Both the position numbers and the translations under genes were made by a program. This document shows, piece after piece, positions 47,853-56,541 of a stretch of DNA of 64,000 nt. This DNA comes from an uncultured Candidatus Saccharibacteria bacterium (GTDB lineage: Bacteria > Patescibacteriota > Minisyncoccia > Phycocordibacterales > JAACPR01). Location of the stretch: positions 344 to 64,343 of the forward strand of contig CAZDRR010000001.1 in the NCBI GenBank assembly GCA_964507955.1, written 5' to 3'. The notes below the pieces were generated by a model. The model was not told where the DNA came from. It ran no database searches and worked only from the letters and a program-made list of their open reading frames with translations. The number at the start of each line of letters is the position of its first letter. Within the stretch, counting starts at the first letter, position 1.

Positions 47853-48580
47853 AATCAGTTTCCGCAATTATTAATTGTTTTCAACGCCCACACGCTTTAA
47901 GAAGTCAATTTGAAGCGATAGAATCTCAATCTATCAAGCCGAAAGAGATTATGATTTGGCAAAATGCCCCAATGAATGGAGCGCAATTTGATTATTCTTT
48001 TTTAAATAAATCAATTATTAGCTTAAATAATTATAATTATGGAGTATGGGCTCGATTCGCATTTGCTTTAAATTCTCATTCTGATTATATTTGTATATTT
48101 GATGACGATACTATTCCAAACGAAAATTGGTTTGAAAATTGTTTAGAACAAATTGAACAAAATGGGAATGGTCTTTATGGAACTATTGGAGTAACATTTA
48201 ACGATTTAGATTATCGTTCTTATATTCGTCATGGTTGGGCGAATCCAAATAATAAGGTTGAGCAAGTAGATATTGTAGGACATTCTTGGTTCTTCCATAG
48301 AGATTTATTATCTGCATTTTGGAGAGAAACAGATTTGCCACTTTCCTATTTGTGTGGTGAAGACATGCATTTTTCATATTCAATTCAGAAATATCTTGGA
48401 TTAAATACTTTTGTGCCTCCTCATCCGATAGAAGATTTGTCTTTATGGGGTAGCCGACCCCAATCAGCGATGGAATTAGGCGTTGATAATAATGCTATTT
48501 CTGTGAATTTTCATTCACAAATTTTTGGAGAATCTTTAAAGCATTATCATAAAAAAGGCTTTAAATTATTAAATTTATGA
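47849..48580 (+). CDS. GT-A fold glycosyltransferase (GT2-like)
   Basis: N-terminal Rossmann-like SAIINCFQRP, DxD-type motif FDDDTI; 243 aa. Confidence 0.6.
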   Translation: MKSVSAIINCFQRPHALRSQFEAIESQSIKPKEIMIWQNAPMNGAQFDYSFLNKSIISLNNYNYGVWARFAFALNSHSDYICIFDDDTIPNENWFENCLEQIEQNGNGLYGTIGVTFNDLDYRSYIRHGWANPNNKVEQVDIVGHSWFFHRDLLSAFWRETDLPLSYLCGEDMHFSYSIQKYLGLNTFVPPHPIEDLSLWGSRPQSAMELGVDNNAISVNFHSQIFGESLKHYHKKGFKLLNL

Positions 48581-49584
48581 AAAAAATACTTGTAATATAT
48601 GGGACTCGCCCAGAATATTTAAAAGTTAAAAATTTCTTGAAAAAAAATGACGTTTTTGACATAAAAAGTTTACATATTAAACAACACTCTAATATCATTA
48701 ATTTTGGCGATCCCGATTATTTAATAGAAATTGAAAATAAAAATATAGATAGGTTAAACAATATTTTTAGTGAAATTTTTTTAAAATTACCAGAAATTAT
48801 TAAAGACTTTGATTATATTGTTATTCAGGGAGATACGGCATCTGTTATGGCTTCTGCTGTTTGCGCTTTTAATTTGAAGAAAAAAATTATTTATATTGAA
48901 TCAGGATTAAGAACTTGGGATTTGGATAATCCTTTTCCAGAAGAGGGATATAGACAAATGGTTGCGCGTATTTCATATATAAATTTTTGTCCGACAGAAC
49001 GTTCTAATTTAAATTTAATTAAAGAAAATATTAACCAAAATTGTTTTGCTGTAGGCAATACGTCTTTAGATAATTTATTGAATTTAAAAGAAAAATGCTC
49101 TTATCAGGACAAGGTTTTAATTACTTTACATAGAAATGAAAATTTAAATATTTTATCAGAATGGTTGTCCATAATAGATCAATTTGCAAGAGAACATCCA
49201 GAATTAATGTTTATTTTTCCAGCGCATTTAAATCCTATTGTGCAAACAGCGGCGTCTAAAACAAAATATTTAAAAATAATTAAACCTTTAGAACACGAAG
49301 ATCTTTTAGATATTTTAAAAGATGCAAAATTCGTTATTACTGATTCTGGAGGAATCCAAGAAGAGGCTTGTTTTTTAAATAAAAAAATTATTGTATGTCG
49401 TAAAACAACAGAACGTCCAGAAGGCATTTCGACTGGACATATAAAAATTGCAGAAGATCCTTCTAAATTGAAAAATCTATTAGAAGAAGTAAATACGAAT
49501 TTTATAATAGATGGATCATGCCCATATGGAGACGGGCAATCTACCCAGCGAATTTTACGAATATTAGCAAATGAAAGACTTTAA
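48577..49584 (+). CDS. UDP-N-acetylglucosamine 2-epimerase family enzyme (WecB/NeuC/CapG-like)
   Basis: Signature motifs GTRPE (N-terminus), VIQGDT, DSGGIQEE, TERPE. Confidence 0.8.
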   Translation: MKKILVIYGTRPEYLKVKNFLKKNDVFDIKSLHIKQHSNIINFGDPDYLIEIENKNIDRLNNIFSEIFLKLPEIIKDFDYIVIQGDTASVMASAVCAFNLKKKIIYIESGLRTWDLDNPFPEEGYRQMVARISYINFCPTERSNLNLIKENINQNCFAVGNTSLDNLLNLKEKCSYQDKVLITLHRNENLNILSEWLSIIDQFAREHPELMFIFPAHLNPIVQTAASKTKYLKIIKPLEHEDLLDILKDAKFVITDSGGIQEEACFLNKKIIVCRKTTERPEGISTGHIKIAEDPSKLKNLLEEVNTNFIIDGSCPYGDGQSTQRILRILANERL

Positions 49585-50263
49585 ACAAGAATTATTAATA
49601 ATGCATGATAGACTTATAAAAGGAGAGTCGTTTGCATTTTCTAAATATGCGGATGGGGAATGGGCCGCGATGTTAAATTTACCTTTAGATAATAGAGAAT
49701 TTAAAAACGAAAATTCTTTCGAAACTTCTCGCAAAGAGTTAATTGAATCTTTTAGATTTAAACACCCAAACTATTTTGTTGGAATTTCTTGTGAGTGTTG
49801 TCAAGGAGAAAACCATTTTCGAATGAAAGAATTTTCAACACAACCTATTGAAAATTTAACTTATGCGAATTTATTTGTTAATAGCAATTATCCGATTTAT
49901 AAACAATTATTTCTTCCAGAATATGAAAAAAGAGATGTTCATTTAGTGTGCAATAAATTATCGAAAATAGAAAATTTACCTTTTGTGCCAGAAGAAACAT
50001 ATTTTGTTGGATATAATGCATGGGTAGAAGACCACGATCTTATTAAAAAAATACAAGATAAGAATTTATCGGATAAATTATTTTTATTTTGTTGCGGGCC
50101 ATTCGGTAATTTATTAGCCCACCAACTATTTTCGTCAAATCAAAAAAATATATATTTAGACATTGGATCAACATTAAATCCGTGGTTACAATCAGAAGGA
50201 TTTAAAAGAGATTATTATTCTAATGGATTCTACGCTGGTCGAAAATGTTTTTGGAGGGAATAA
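49571..50263 (+). CDS. hypothetical protein, possible GT-D/DUF1792-like glycosyltransferase
   Basis: 230 aa; N-terminal FSKYADGEWAAM (DxE-type metal motif); weak. Confidence 0.3.
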   Translation: MKDFKQELLIMHDRLIKGESFAFSKYADGEWAAMLNLPLDNREFKNENSFETSRKELIESFRFKHPNYFVGISCECCQGENHFRMKEFSTQPIENLTYANLFVNSNYPIYKQLFLPEYEKRDVHLVCNKLSKIENLPFVPEETYFVGYNAWVEDHDLIKKIQDKNLSDKLFLFCCGPFGNLLAHQLFSSNQKNIYLDIGSTLNPWLQSEGFKRDYYSNGFYAGRKCFWRE

Positions 50264-50265
50264 CA

Positions 50266-51117
50266 ATGATACAAAAAAATAAACGATACTTAATTACTGG
50301 AGGAACTGGATTTTTGGGAGAGGCTTTAATTGCTCGACTACAAAAATTCGGATGCACAATAAGAATTTTGGCAAGAAATGAGGGAAAGCTAATAGCTTTA
50401 AAACAAAAATATCCAAATTTAGAAATTCATACAGGAGATATTTCAGATCCTTTTGAAGTAAAACAAGCAATGAAGGATGTCGATGGAGTTTTCCATCTAG
50501 CAGCTTCAAAACACGTTGGATTAGCAGAAACATTTGTTAGAGAATGCGTTAAGTCTAATACTATAGGATCATTAAATATATTAGAAAATTCATTGAATCA
50601 AAAATTAGATTTTGTTATCGGAATTTCGACAGATAAAGCCGCCCAAGTAGCAGGGGTTTATGGAGCTTCAAAACTTTTAATGGAGCGTTTATTTAAACAG
50701 TTTGAGGAATTAAATCCTCTTTGTAAATATAGAATTGTTCGATATGGTAACGTTTTATATTCTACAGGTTCGGTTTTGTGTAAATGGAAAGAATTAATTC
50801 AATCAGGACAACCATGTGCAGTTTCAGATTTAAATGCTACTAGATTTTATTGGACAGTAGAACAGGCAATTGAGTTAATTTTTGAATGTTTATCCAAAGC
50901 AGAAAATGCTTCCCCTTTTGTTCCTCAAATGAAGTCTATTAGAATCAAAGATTTATTAGAAGCAATGTATGAAAAATATGGCAATGGATTTCAGTTAAAT
51001 CCAATTGTTTATGGATTACAACAAGGGGAAAATTTACACGAAAGGATTTTGGAGGATGGACCTTATTCCAACGAAGTTCCCTTATATAGCAAGAAAGAAA
51101 TTTTAGAACTGATATGA
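50266..51117 (+). CDS. UDP-GlcNAc 4,6-dehydratase, PseB/CapE/FlaA1-like SDR
   Basis: TGGTGFLG NAD motif; ISTDKAAQVAGVYGASK (YxxxK); RYGNVLYSTGSVLCKWKELIQSGQPCAVSDLNATRF closely parallels PseB RYGNVMASRGSVIPLFIEQIKANQPLTITDPNMTRF; start moved to ATG 50266 with GGAGGG SD. Confidence 0.8.
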   Translation: MIQKNKRYLITGGTGFLGEALIARLQKFGCTIRILARNEGKLIALKQKYPNLEIHTGDISDPFEVKQAMKDVDGVFHLAASKHVGLAETFVRECVKSNTIGSLNILENSLNQKLDFVIGISTDKAAQVAGVYGASKLLMERLFKQFEELNPLCKYRIVRYGNVLYSTGSVLCKWKELIQSGQPCAVSDLNATRFYWTVEQAIELIFECLSKAENASPFVPQMKSIRIKDLLEAMYEKYGNGFQLNPIVYGLQQGENLHERILEDGPYSNEVPLYSKKEILELI

Positions 51118-51788
51118 AAGAACTAACTTTATTAATTGGTAGTTGCGATAACTATGCTTCTTTATGGCCTATTTGCGCAGATTTAATTCAAAAATATTGG
51201 GAGATTGATTGCGATAAAATTATAGTTGCAGAAAATTATTCACAATCATGTCCACAAGAATTTAAGTTAATTAATGCTGGGTGCAGAACTTGGACGGAAA
51301 GAATGTTATATGCATTAGATTCTGTTAAAACTCCGTATGTTTTTTTTATATTAGAAGATTATTTTTTAAGCGAAAGAGTTTCTAAGGAAATGATTGATCA
51401 ATTTTTATTTTTTCTGAAAATTCACGAAGCTAATAAAATAGCTTTAACAACAATTCCAGAAGGATTTTATAAAACATCGAAATTTTATGAAAATTTATAT
51501 GATAATATTTATAAAATGGATGACGATAGCGATTACTTAACAAGTGTTCAACCTGCAATTTGGAAGACTTCTTTTTTAAAAGAATTATTACAACAAGATA
51601 ATTGGAATCCATGGGAATTTGAAATTATTGGTAGCGCAAGGATAAAAGGGAAGGATAATAAAATTTTTATCAAGAAAAAAAATGACCCAATTTATTTTAA
51701 TGCAGTTAGAAAAGGAGGTTATTTTTCAGAAGGTTATTTTGAATTTATAGAGAAAGAATTGAATAAAGAAGTTGACAAGAATCATTGA
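51114..51788 (+). CDS. hypothetical protein in sugar-nucleotide operon
   Basis: 224-aa coupled ORF; no recognisable motif. Confidence 0.4.
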   Translation: MKELTLLIGSCDNYASLWPICADLIQKYWEIDCDKIIVAENYSQSCPQEFKLINAGCRTWTERMLYALDSVKTPYVFFILEDYFLSERVSKEMIDQFLFFLKIHEANKIALTTIPEGFYKTSKFYENLYDNIYKMDDDSDYLTSVQPAIWKTSFLKELLQQDNWNPWEFEIIGSARIKGKDNKIFIKKKNDPIYFNAVRKGGYFSEGYFEFIEKELNKEVDKNH

Positions 51789-52879
51789 ATACGCATAATA
51801 TGAACGCGAATATGAAAAAAGTGCTAATAACAGGAGTCACAGGAATGGACGGGAGCCTTATGGCAGATTATTTATTAAAGCATACAGATAATTTTATTGT
51901 TGGAGGTATTCGTAGATTGAGTGTGCCGAATCATAAAAATATAGAACATCTCATTGGGCATCCTAGATTTAAACTTATTGATTTAGATATTACAGATGCG
52001 ATTAATGTTGCGTTAGTGATTAAAGAAGAACGACCAGATTATTTTATTAATTTTGCGGCGAATTCTTTTGTAGGCAATAGTTGGACGATGCCAGTTAATC
52101 ATTTTACGACGAATTGTTTATCGGTGCTTTATCAATTAGAAGCTATTCGCAAATATGCTCCAAACTGTCATTATTATAATGCAGGCTCTTCTGAGGAGTT
52201 TGGTGATGTTGTAACTGTTCCTCAGTCAGAAAGTCATCCTTTACGCCCACGAAGTCCTTATGGGGCAGCTAAGGCTTCTTCAAGACATCTTGTGAAGGTT
52301 TATAGAGAATCTTATAATCTTTACGCTATTCAGGGTTGGTTATTTAACCACGAAGGAATTCGCAGGGGAGAAGAATTTGTCACCCGCAAAATTACCAAAG
52401 GCGTTGCAAGAATTAAACATGCCATTGAAAATAAACTTCCATTTGAACCTCTTGAACTCGGTAATCTTGATTCAACAAGGGATTGGAGCGATGCAGAAGA
52501 TTTTGTAGATGGTATATGGAAAATGCTCAATCAAGAATTTCCAAAAGAATATGTTCTATCGTCTAATGAGACCCATTCTATTAAAGAATTTGTAGAATTA
52601 GCTTTTTTATCGGCTGGGATTCATGGTGTTTGGGTTGGAGAAAAATTAGATACATTATATCTTCTTCCAAATGCTGACGCGGAATATTGTGAATTTGCAT
52701 CAATTAAATTAGTAAAAATTAATGAAAAATTTTATCGCCCAGCAGAAGTAGAAATTCTTTATGGGGATTCAAGTAAAGCACGGACAGAATTAAATTGGCA
52801 ACCAAAAATTTCTTTTAAAAACCTTGTAAAAAAAATGGTTGAAAACGATATAAAAGAATATGCCAAAACCCATTCGTAA
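51785..52879 (+). CDS. gmd: GDP-mannose 4,6-dehydratase
   Basis: ITGVTGMDGSLMADYLL, SPYGAAK, LFNHEGIRRGEEFVTRKIT, YFRPAEVE and the C-terminus align closely with E. coli Gmd. Confidence 0.92.
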   Translation: MNTHNMNANMKKVLITGVTGMDGSLMADYLLKHTDNFIVGGIRRLSVPNHKNIEHLIGHPRFKLIDLDITDAINVALVIKEERPDYFINFAANSFVGNSWTMPVNHFTTNCLSVLYQLEAIRKYAPNCHYYNAGSSEEFGDVVTVPQSESHPLRPRSPYGAAKASSRHLVKVYRESYNLYAIQGWLFNHEGIRRGEEFVTRKITKGVARIKHAIENKLPFEPLELGNLDSTRDWSDAEDFVDGIWKMLNQEFPKEYVLSSNETHSIKEFVELAFLSAGIHGVWVGEKLDTLYLLPNADAEYCEFASIKLVKINEKFYRPAEVEILYGDSSKARTELNWQPKISFKNLVKKMVENDIKEYAKTHS

Positions 52880-53210
52880 ATTTTCTAAAGAAAGAAAAAT
52901 TTTCATTCAGAGAATGCTTCAAGGCCGTCCAAAGAATTTCGCTTTGGAAATGAAAACGGCTTATGAGCTTTTCGAAATGCACGAATTTGACTTGAATTTT
53001 TTCGAGAAAGTTTCTCCTCCTCCATTTAAAATCAATAGCCTTTTATGGTTTAAAACCAGAGATGGTTTAAAGTTCTTGGCTAAGAAAAAAATGGAAATGA
53101 AGTTCCAAGTGCCTGAATATGAAAAAGTTGTTGAAATTGGGGAGAAATGCGGAGAAGATACATTGACTGAAATCAAACCACGAACAATCAGAAAATTTTT
53201 AAATGGCTAG
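52860..53210 (+). CDS. hypothetical protein
   Basis: 116-aa ORF. Confidence 0.4.
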   Translation: MPKPIRKFSKERKIFIQRMLQGRPKNFALEMKTAYELFEMHEFDLNFFEKVSPPPFKINSLLWFKTRDGLKFLAKKKMEMKFQVPEYEKVVEIGEKCGEDTLTEIKPRTIRKFLNG

Positions 53211-54363
53211 AACAAAAAATAATCCAACAACTCCAGAACAAGATAAAAAAGAAAAGCCTGATGATCAAGCTTTTGCTTCGTCTTTCTTTAATTCTAATAA
53301 AGAATTCCACTATAATCTTGTGGAAGAAGCGGAAGATTTTACCGTATCAAGCGGCTCATTAAAATTTGACTATATTCTTTCTGGAGGTTTTAAAAAAGGA
53401 CTATTCCGTTTTACAGGCGTAACAGAAGGCGGCAAAACTTCATGTGCTTTGACAGTTTTGAAAAACATGCTGGATACCGTTCCTAATTCCAAAGGGATTT
53501 ATGTCAAGGCGGAAGGACGTTTGCGTAAAGAGATTCAGGAGAGATCTGGTATTAAATTTGTTTTCTCTCCCGAAGAATGGGAAGTAGGAACTTGTCTTGT
53601 TTTCGAATGTAATGTTTTCGAAACAGTATTTGATTTTTTTAGGGGTTTGTTAAAAAATAATCCTAAGAAAATTCGTTTCGGTTTTATTGTTGATTCTGCT
53701 GATGGATTAATTCCAAAAGGCGATTTGGAAAAATCTTCGGAAGAGGCTGGGAAAGTTGCGGGTGGAGCTTTATTAAGTTCTGACTTCTTCAAGAGAGTTT
53801 CTTTGGGAATGTCTAAATTCGGGCATTTAGGAATCTTTTTATCTCAAGTTCGGGCTAGAGTCGAAGTGAATCAATACGCTCCAAAAGATCAAAACAACAG
53901 GACTTCTGCGAGTGGCGGCAACGCCCATTTGCATTATCCAGATTGGATTATCGAATTCAAGAGACCGAATAAGGACGACTTTATTGCAAAAAATCCAGAA
54001 GCACCTTTATCTTTAGATAATCCTCCTATTGGTCATAAGGCAAAAATTCTTATCTGCAAATCTCCTAATGAAACTACTGGTATGATTTTGGATTATCCAA
54101 TCAAACATGGTAGAACTGGAGGTCGTTCTGTTTGGATCGAAAGAGAAATTATTGATCTATTATTAATGTGGGAATTTTTCACTAAGAAAGGATCATGGTA
54201 TTCTTTTGACGAAGAGATTCAAGCTCACTGTCAAGAATTCGGTTATGATTTGTCGAACGCCATTCAAGGTATTCCAAACTTATACAAACTCTTGGAAGAA
54301 GACGCAAAATTAGCAGAAATTTTGAAGAACTTTGTAAAAGTTAACTGTTTAGTAATGAAATGA
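53203..54363 (+). CDS. RecA/UvsX-family recombinase
   Basis: Walker A GVTEGGKTS, Walker B FIVDSADGL, GGNAHLHY region comparable to RecA GGNALKFY. Confidence 0.75.
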   Translation: MARTKNNPTTPEQDKKEKPDDQAFASSFFNSNKEFHYNLVEEAEDFTVSSGSLKFDYILSGGFKKGLFRFTGVTEGGKTSCALTVLKNMLDTVPNSKGIYVKAEGRLRKEIQERSGIKFVFSPEEWEVGTCLVFECNVFETVFDFFRGLLKNNPKKIRFGFIVDSADGLIPKGDLEKSSEEAGKVAGGALLSSDFFKRVSLGMSKFGHLGIFLSQVRARVEVNQYAPKDQNNRTSASGGNAHLHYPDWIIEFKRPNKDDFIAKNPEAPLSLDNPPIGHKAKILICKSPNETTGMILDYPIKHGRTGGRSVWIEREIIDLLLMWEFFTKKGSWYSFDEEIQAHCQEFGYDLSNAIQGIPNLYKLLEEDAKLAEILKNFVKVNCLVMK

Positions 54364-54773
54364 TTTTTAAATCAGCAACATCTAATAAAAATGTTAAACT
54401 CAGAAATGCCACTCGATATTTAATAAAATGGAATGGTAAATGTAGGAGTAAAATACAAGCCAAGGTAAAGGACAAACTTTACCCATTTTGGTTTGCAGAT
54501 ATCGTTTTTGAAGAGTTGCCAGTTGTAGGAACCCGATTGACGTTAGATTTTTATAACGCTAATAAGCAAATTGCTATTGAAGTAGATGGTTCCCAGCATT
54601 ATAAATTCAATAAATTTTTCCACAATAACTCCCGTATAAAATTTTTAAATCAACTTGAGAGAGACGATATCAAAGAAAAATTCTGTGAGAAAAACAATAT
54701 CAAGCTTGTTAGAATTTTGGATACAGATGTGCTTGACAAAGAGCTATTTAGGAAGTTAGGATTAATCAAATGA
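54360..54773 (+). CDS. DUF559/Vsr-like PD-(D/E)xK endonuclease domain protein
   Basis: LDFYNANKQIAIEVDGSQHY...ERDDIKEKFCEKNNIKLVRI matches the DUF559 pattern; inserted between recA-like and dnaB-like genes. Confidence 0.55.
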   Translation: MIFKSATSNKNVKLRNATRYLIKWNGKCRSKIQAKVKDKLYPFWFADIVFEELPVVGTRLTLDFYNANKQIAIEVDGSQHYKFNKFFHNNSRIKFLNQLERDDIKEKFCEKNNIKLVRILDTDVLDKELFRKLGLIK

Positions 54774-54988
54774 AGGCAACAAATAATATTCCAGAAACCT
54801 TATTAAGTAAGGTCTTTGACGCAACAGGCTCCGCTTCTGGCGGCAATAGAGGTTATATTATTGCCATGGTTAATTCCAATGGAGACCCGACAATCATTTC
54901 TCGATTTGAAAATTCTTGTGTGAGCCTTGCTTTGAGAAAAGCCCTTGAATTATTTGTTGACACAGATAATCAACAATTAAACCAATGA
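54770..54988 (+). CDS. hypothetical small protein
   Basis: 72-aa coupled ORF. Confidence 0.35.
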   Translation: MKATNNIPETLLSKVFDATGSASGGNRGYIIAMVNSNGDPTIISRFENSCVSLALRKALELFVDTDNQQLNQ

Positions 54989-56541
54989 TTTATTCTTACG
55001 AGTTGGAAAAAAAAGTGCTGTCTGGTATTTTACAGCACCAACATAAATGGGCGGAAATATCCCTTTTTTTAAAGGAGTCGGATTTTTATTCTGACGATTC
55101 TAAAGTAAACGTTTCCATTTTTCGTTTGTTAAAAAATGCATTGGATAATAAAGAAGTTGTTGATGAAACGATTTTAACACAAAGAATTCAACAATTAAAA
55201 GTTAGTTTTCCAGATTGTATTGATATCGGAGAATATATCTATTCTTTGGCGTTTTATAAAATTTCGGAAGATGTTTTTATTTCATCAATCAAAGAACTCA
55301 AAAAGTTTTCTGCCCGAAGAGGAATCTACATTGCTGCTAAAGACGTAGCTTCTTTTGTCAAAAAAACAGATCCAAATTTATCCTATTCTTCTATTGTCGA
55401 ACAGGCGGATAAATTATACAACGACGCAATTCAAAAATTTGAGTCTTTAGATTCTGGCCCCATTAATTTGTTTGAAGTAATGGAGGAAATGATTGAAGAA
55501 CGCGGGAATAATCCTATACAAGAGTTTGGATTAATGGGTCCTCATCCACGCATTAATCAAATTTATGGCTCTTTGCTTAGAGGAGGGAATATTACGGTTA
55601 TTGTAGCTCGTTCTGGAGTGGGCAAGAGTCAATTTGCGATGGATTTTTCTACCAAAGTTGCAGCGATGAATAACGATATTCCCGTGCTTCATTTGGATAA
55701 CGGAGAAATGAGCGAAGAAGAGCTTATTTTCCGTCAGATGGCCGCTATGACAGGTTTACCCGTTCACTTGTTCGAAACAGGTTTATGGCGCTCTTGCACA
55801 TACAAAGACATGTCTTCTAGGGAAATTGTTGACTTAGTTCGTCATACATTTTCAAAGATTAAAAACATGAAGTTCTTTTACGTTAATGTCGCGGGCATGA
55901 CGGTTGAGGAAATGGTAGCTTTGACAAAGAGATTTTACTTTTCCAAGGTTGGACGCGGGAACAAAATGATTCTCAGTTTCGACTATATTAAGAGTGATTT
56001 TAGCAATATAGGTAAAGCAGACGGATGGCAACAAGTAGCCTTTATGGTTAATAAATTTAAACAATGTATCCATCGGGAACTTTGTTTTGATGGTGATCGT
56101 CCCGTGGCTATGATTACATCCGTTCAGTCAAATAGGCTGGGTATTACGACGAATAGGGCTGCTGAAAATATTGTTGACGATGAAAGCGTTGTTAGTTTAT
56201 CAGATGCTATTACTCAATTTTGTTCTCATTTGTTTTTGTTGCGCAAAAAAGTAATGGAGGAGATTCAGGAGGAGGGAACAAAGTTTGGCACCCATAAATT
56301 TATCAATTTAAAATCTAGGCATTTGGGCAAAGACCCAATGAGGGCTATTAATCCCGTCACGATGCCTGATGGTTCTAAAAAGAACAATTATATCAATCTG
56401 GATTTCAATAACTTTTCTATTACAGAGAAAGGCGATCTTGTTGATTGGGTTGAAACAATGAATGGTGGAGGCTCAACAGAATTGGAGACTTTTGATGCGG
56501 AATTTGTTGATGATATTCCAGAATTATTAACTAATGGTTGA
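54985..56541 (+). CDS. DnaB-like replicative helicase
   Basis: DnaB-type N-terminal domain; RecA-fold ATPase with Walker A VIVARSGVGKSQ and Walker B LHLDNGEM. Confidence 0.75.
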   Translation: MIYSYELEKKVLSGILQHQHKWAEISLFLKESDFYSDDSKVNVSIFRLLKNALDNKEVVDETILTQRIQQLKVSFPDCIDIGEYIYSLAFYKISEDVFISSIKELKKFSARRGIYIAAKDVASFVKKTDPNLSYSSIVEQADKLYNDAIQKFESLDSGPINLFEVMEEMIEERGNNPIQEFGLMGPHPRINQIYGSLLRGGNITVIVARSGVGKSQFAMDFSTKVAAMNNDIPVLHLDNGEMSEEELIFRQMAAMTGLPVHLFETGLWRSCTYKDMSSREIVDLVRHTFSKIKNMKFFYVNVAGMTVEEMVALTKRFYFSKVGRGNKMILSFDYIKSDFSNIGKADGWQQVAFMVNKFKQCIHRELCFDGDRPVAMITSVQSNRLGITTNRAAENIVDDESVVSLSDAITQFCSHLFLLRKKVMEEIQEEGTKFGTHKFINLKSRHLGKDPMRAINPVTMPDGSKKNNYINLDFNNFSITEKGDLVDWVETMNGGGSTELETFDAEFVDDIPELLTNG

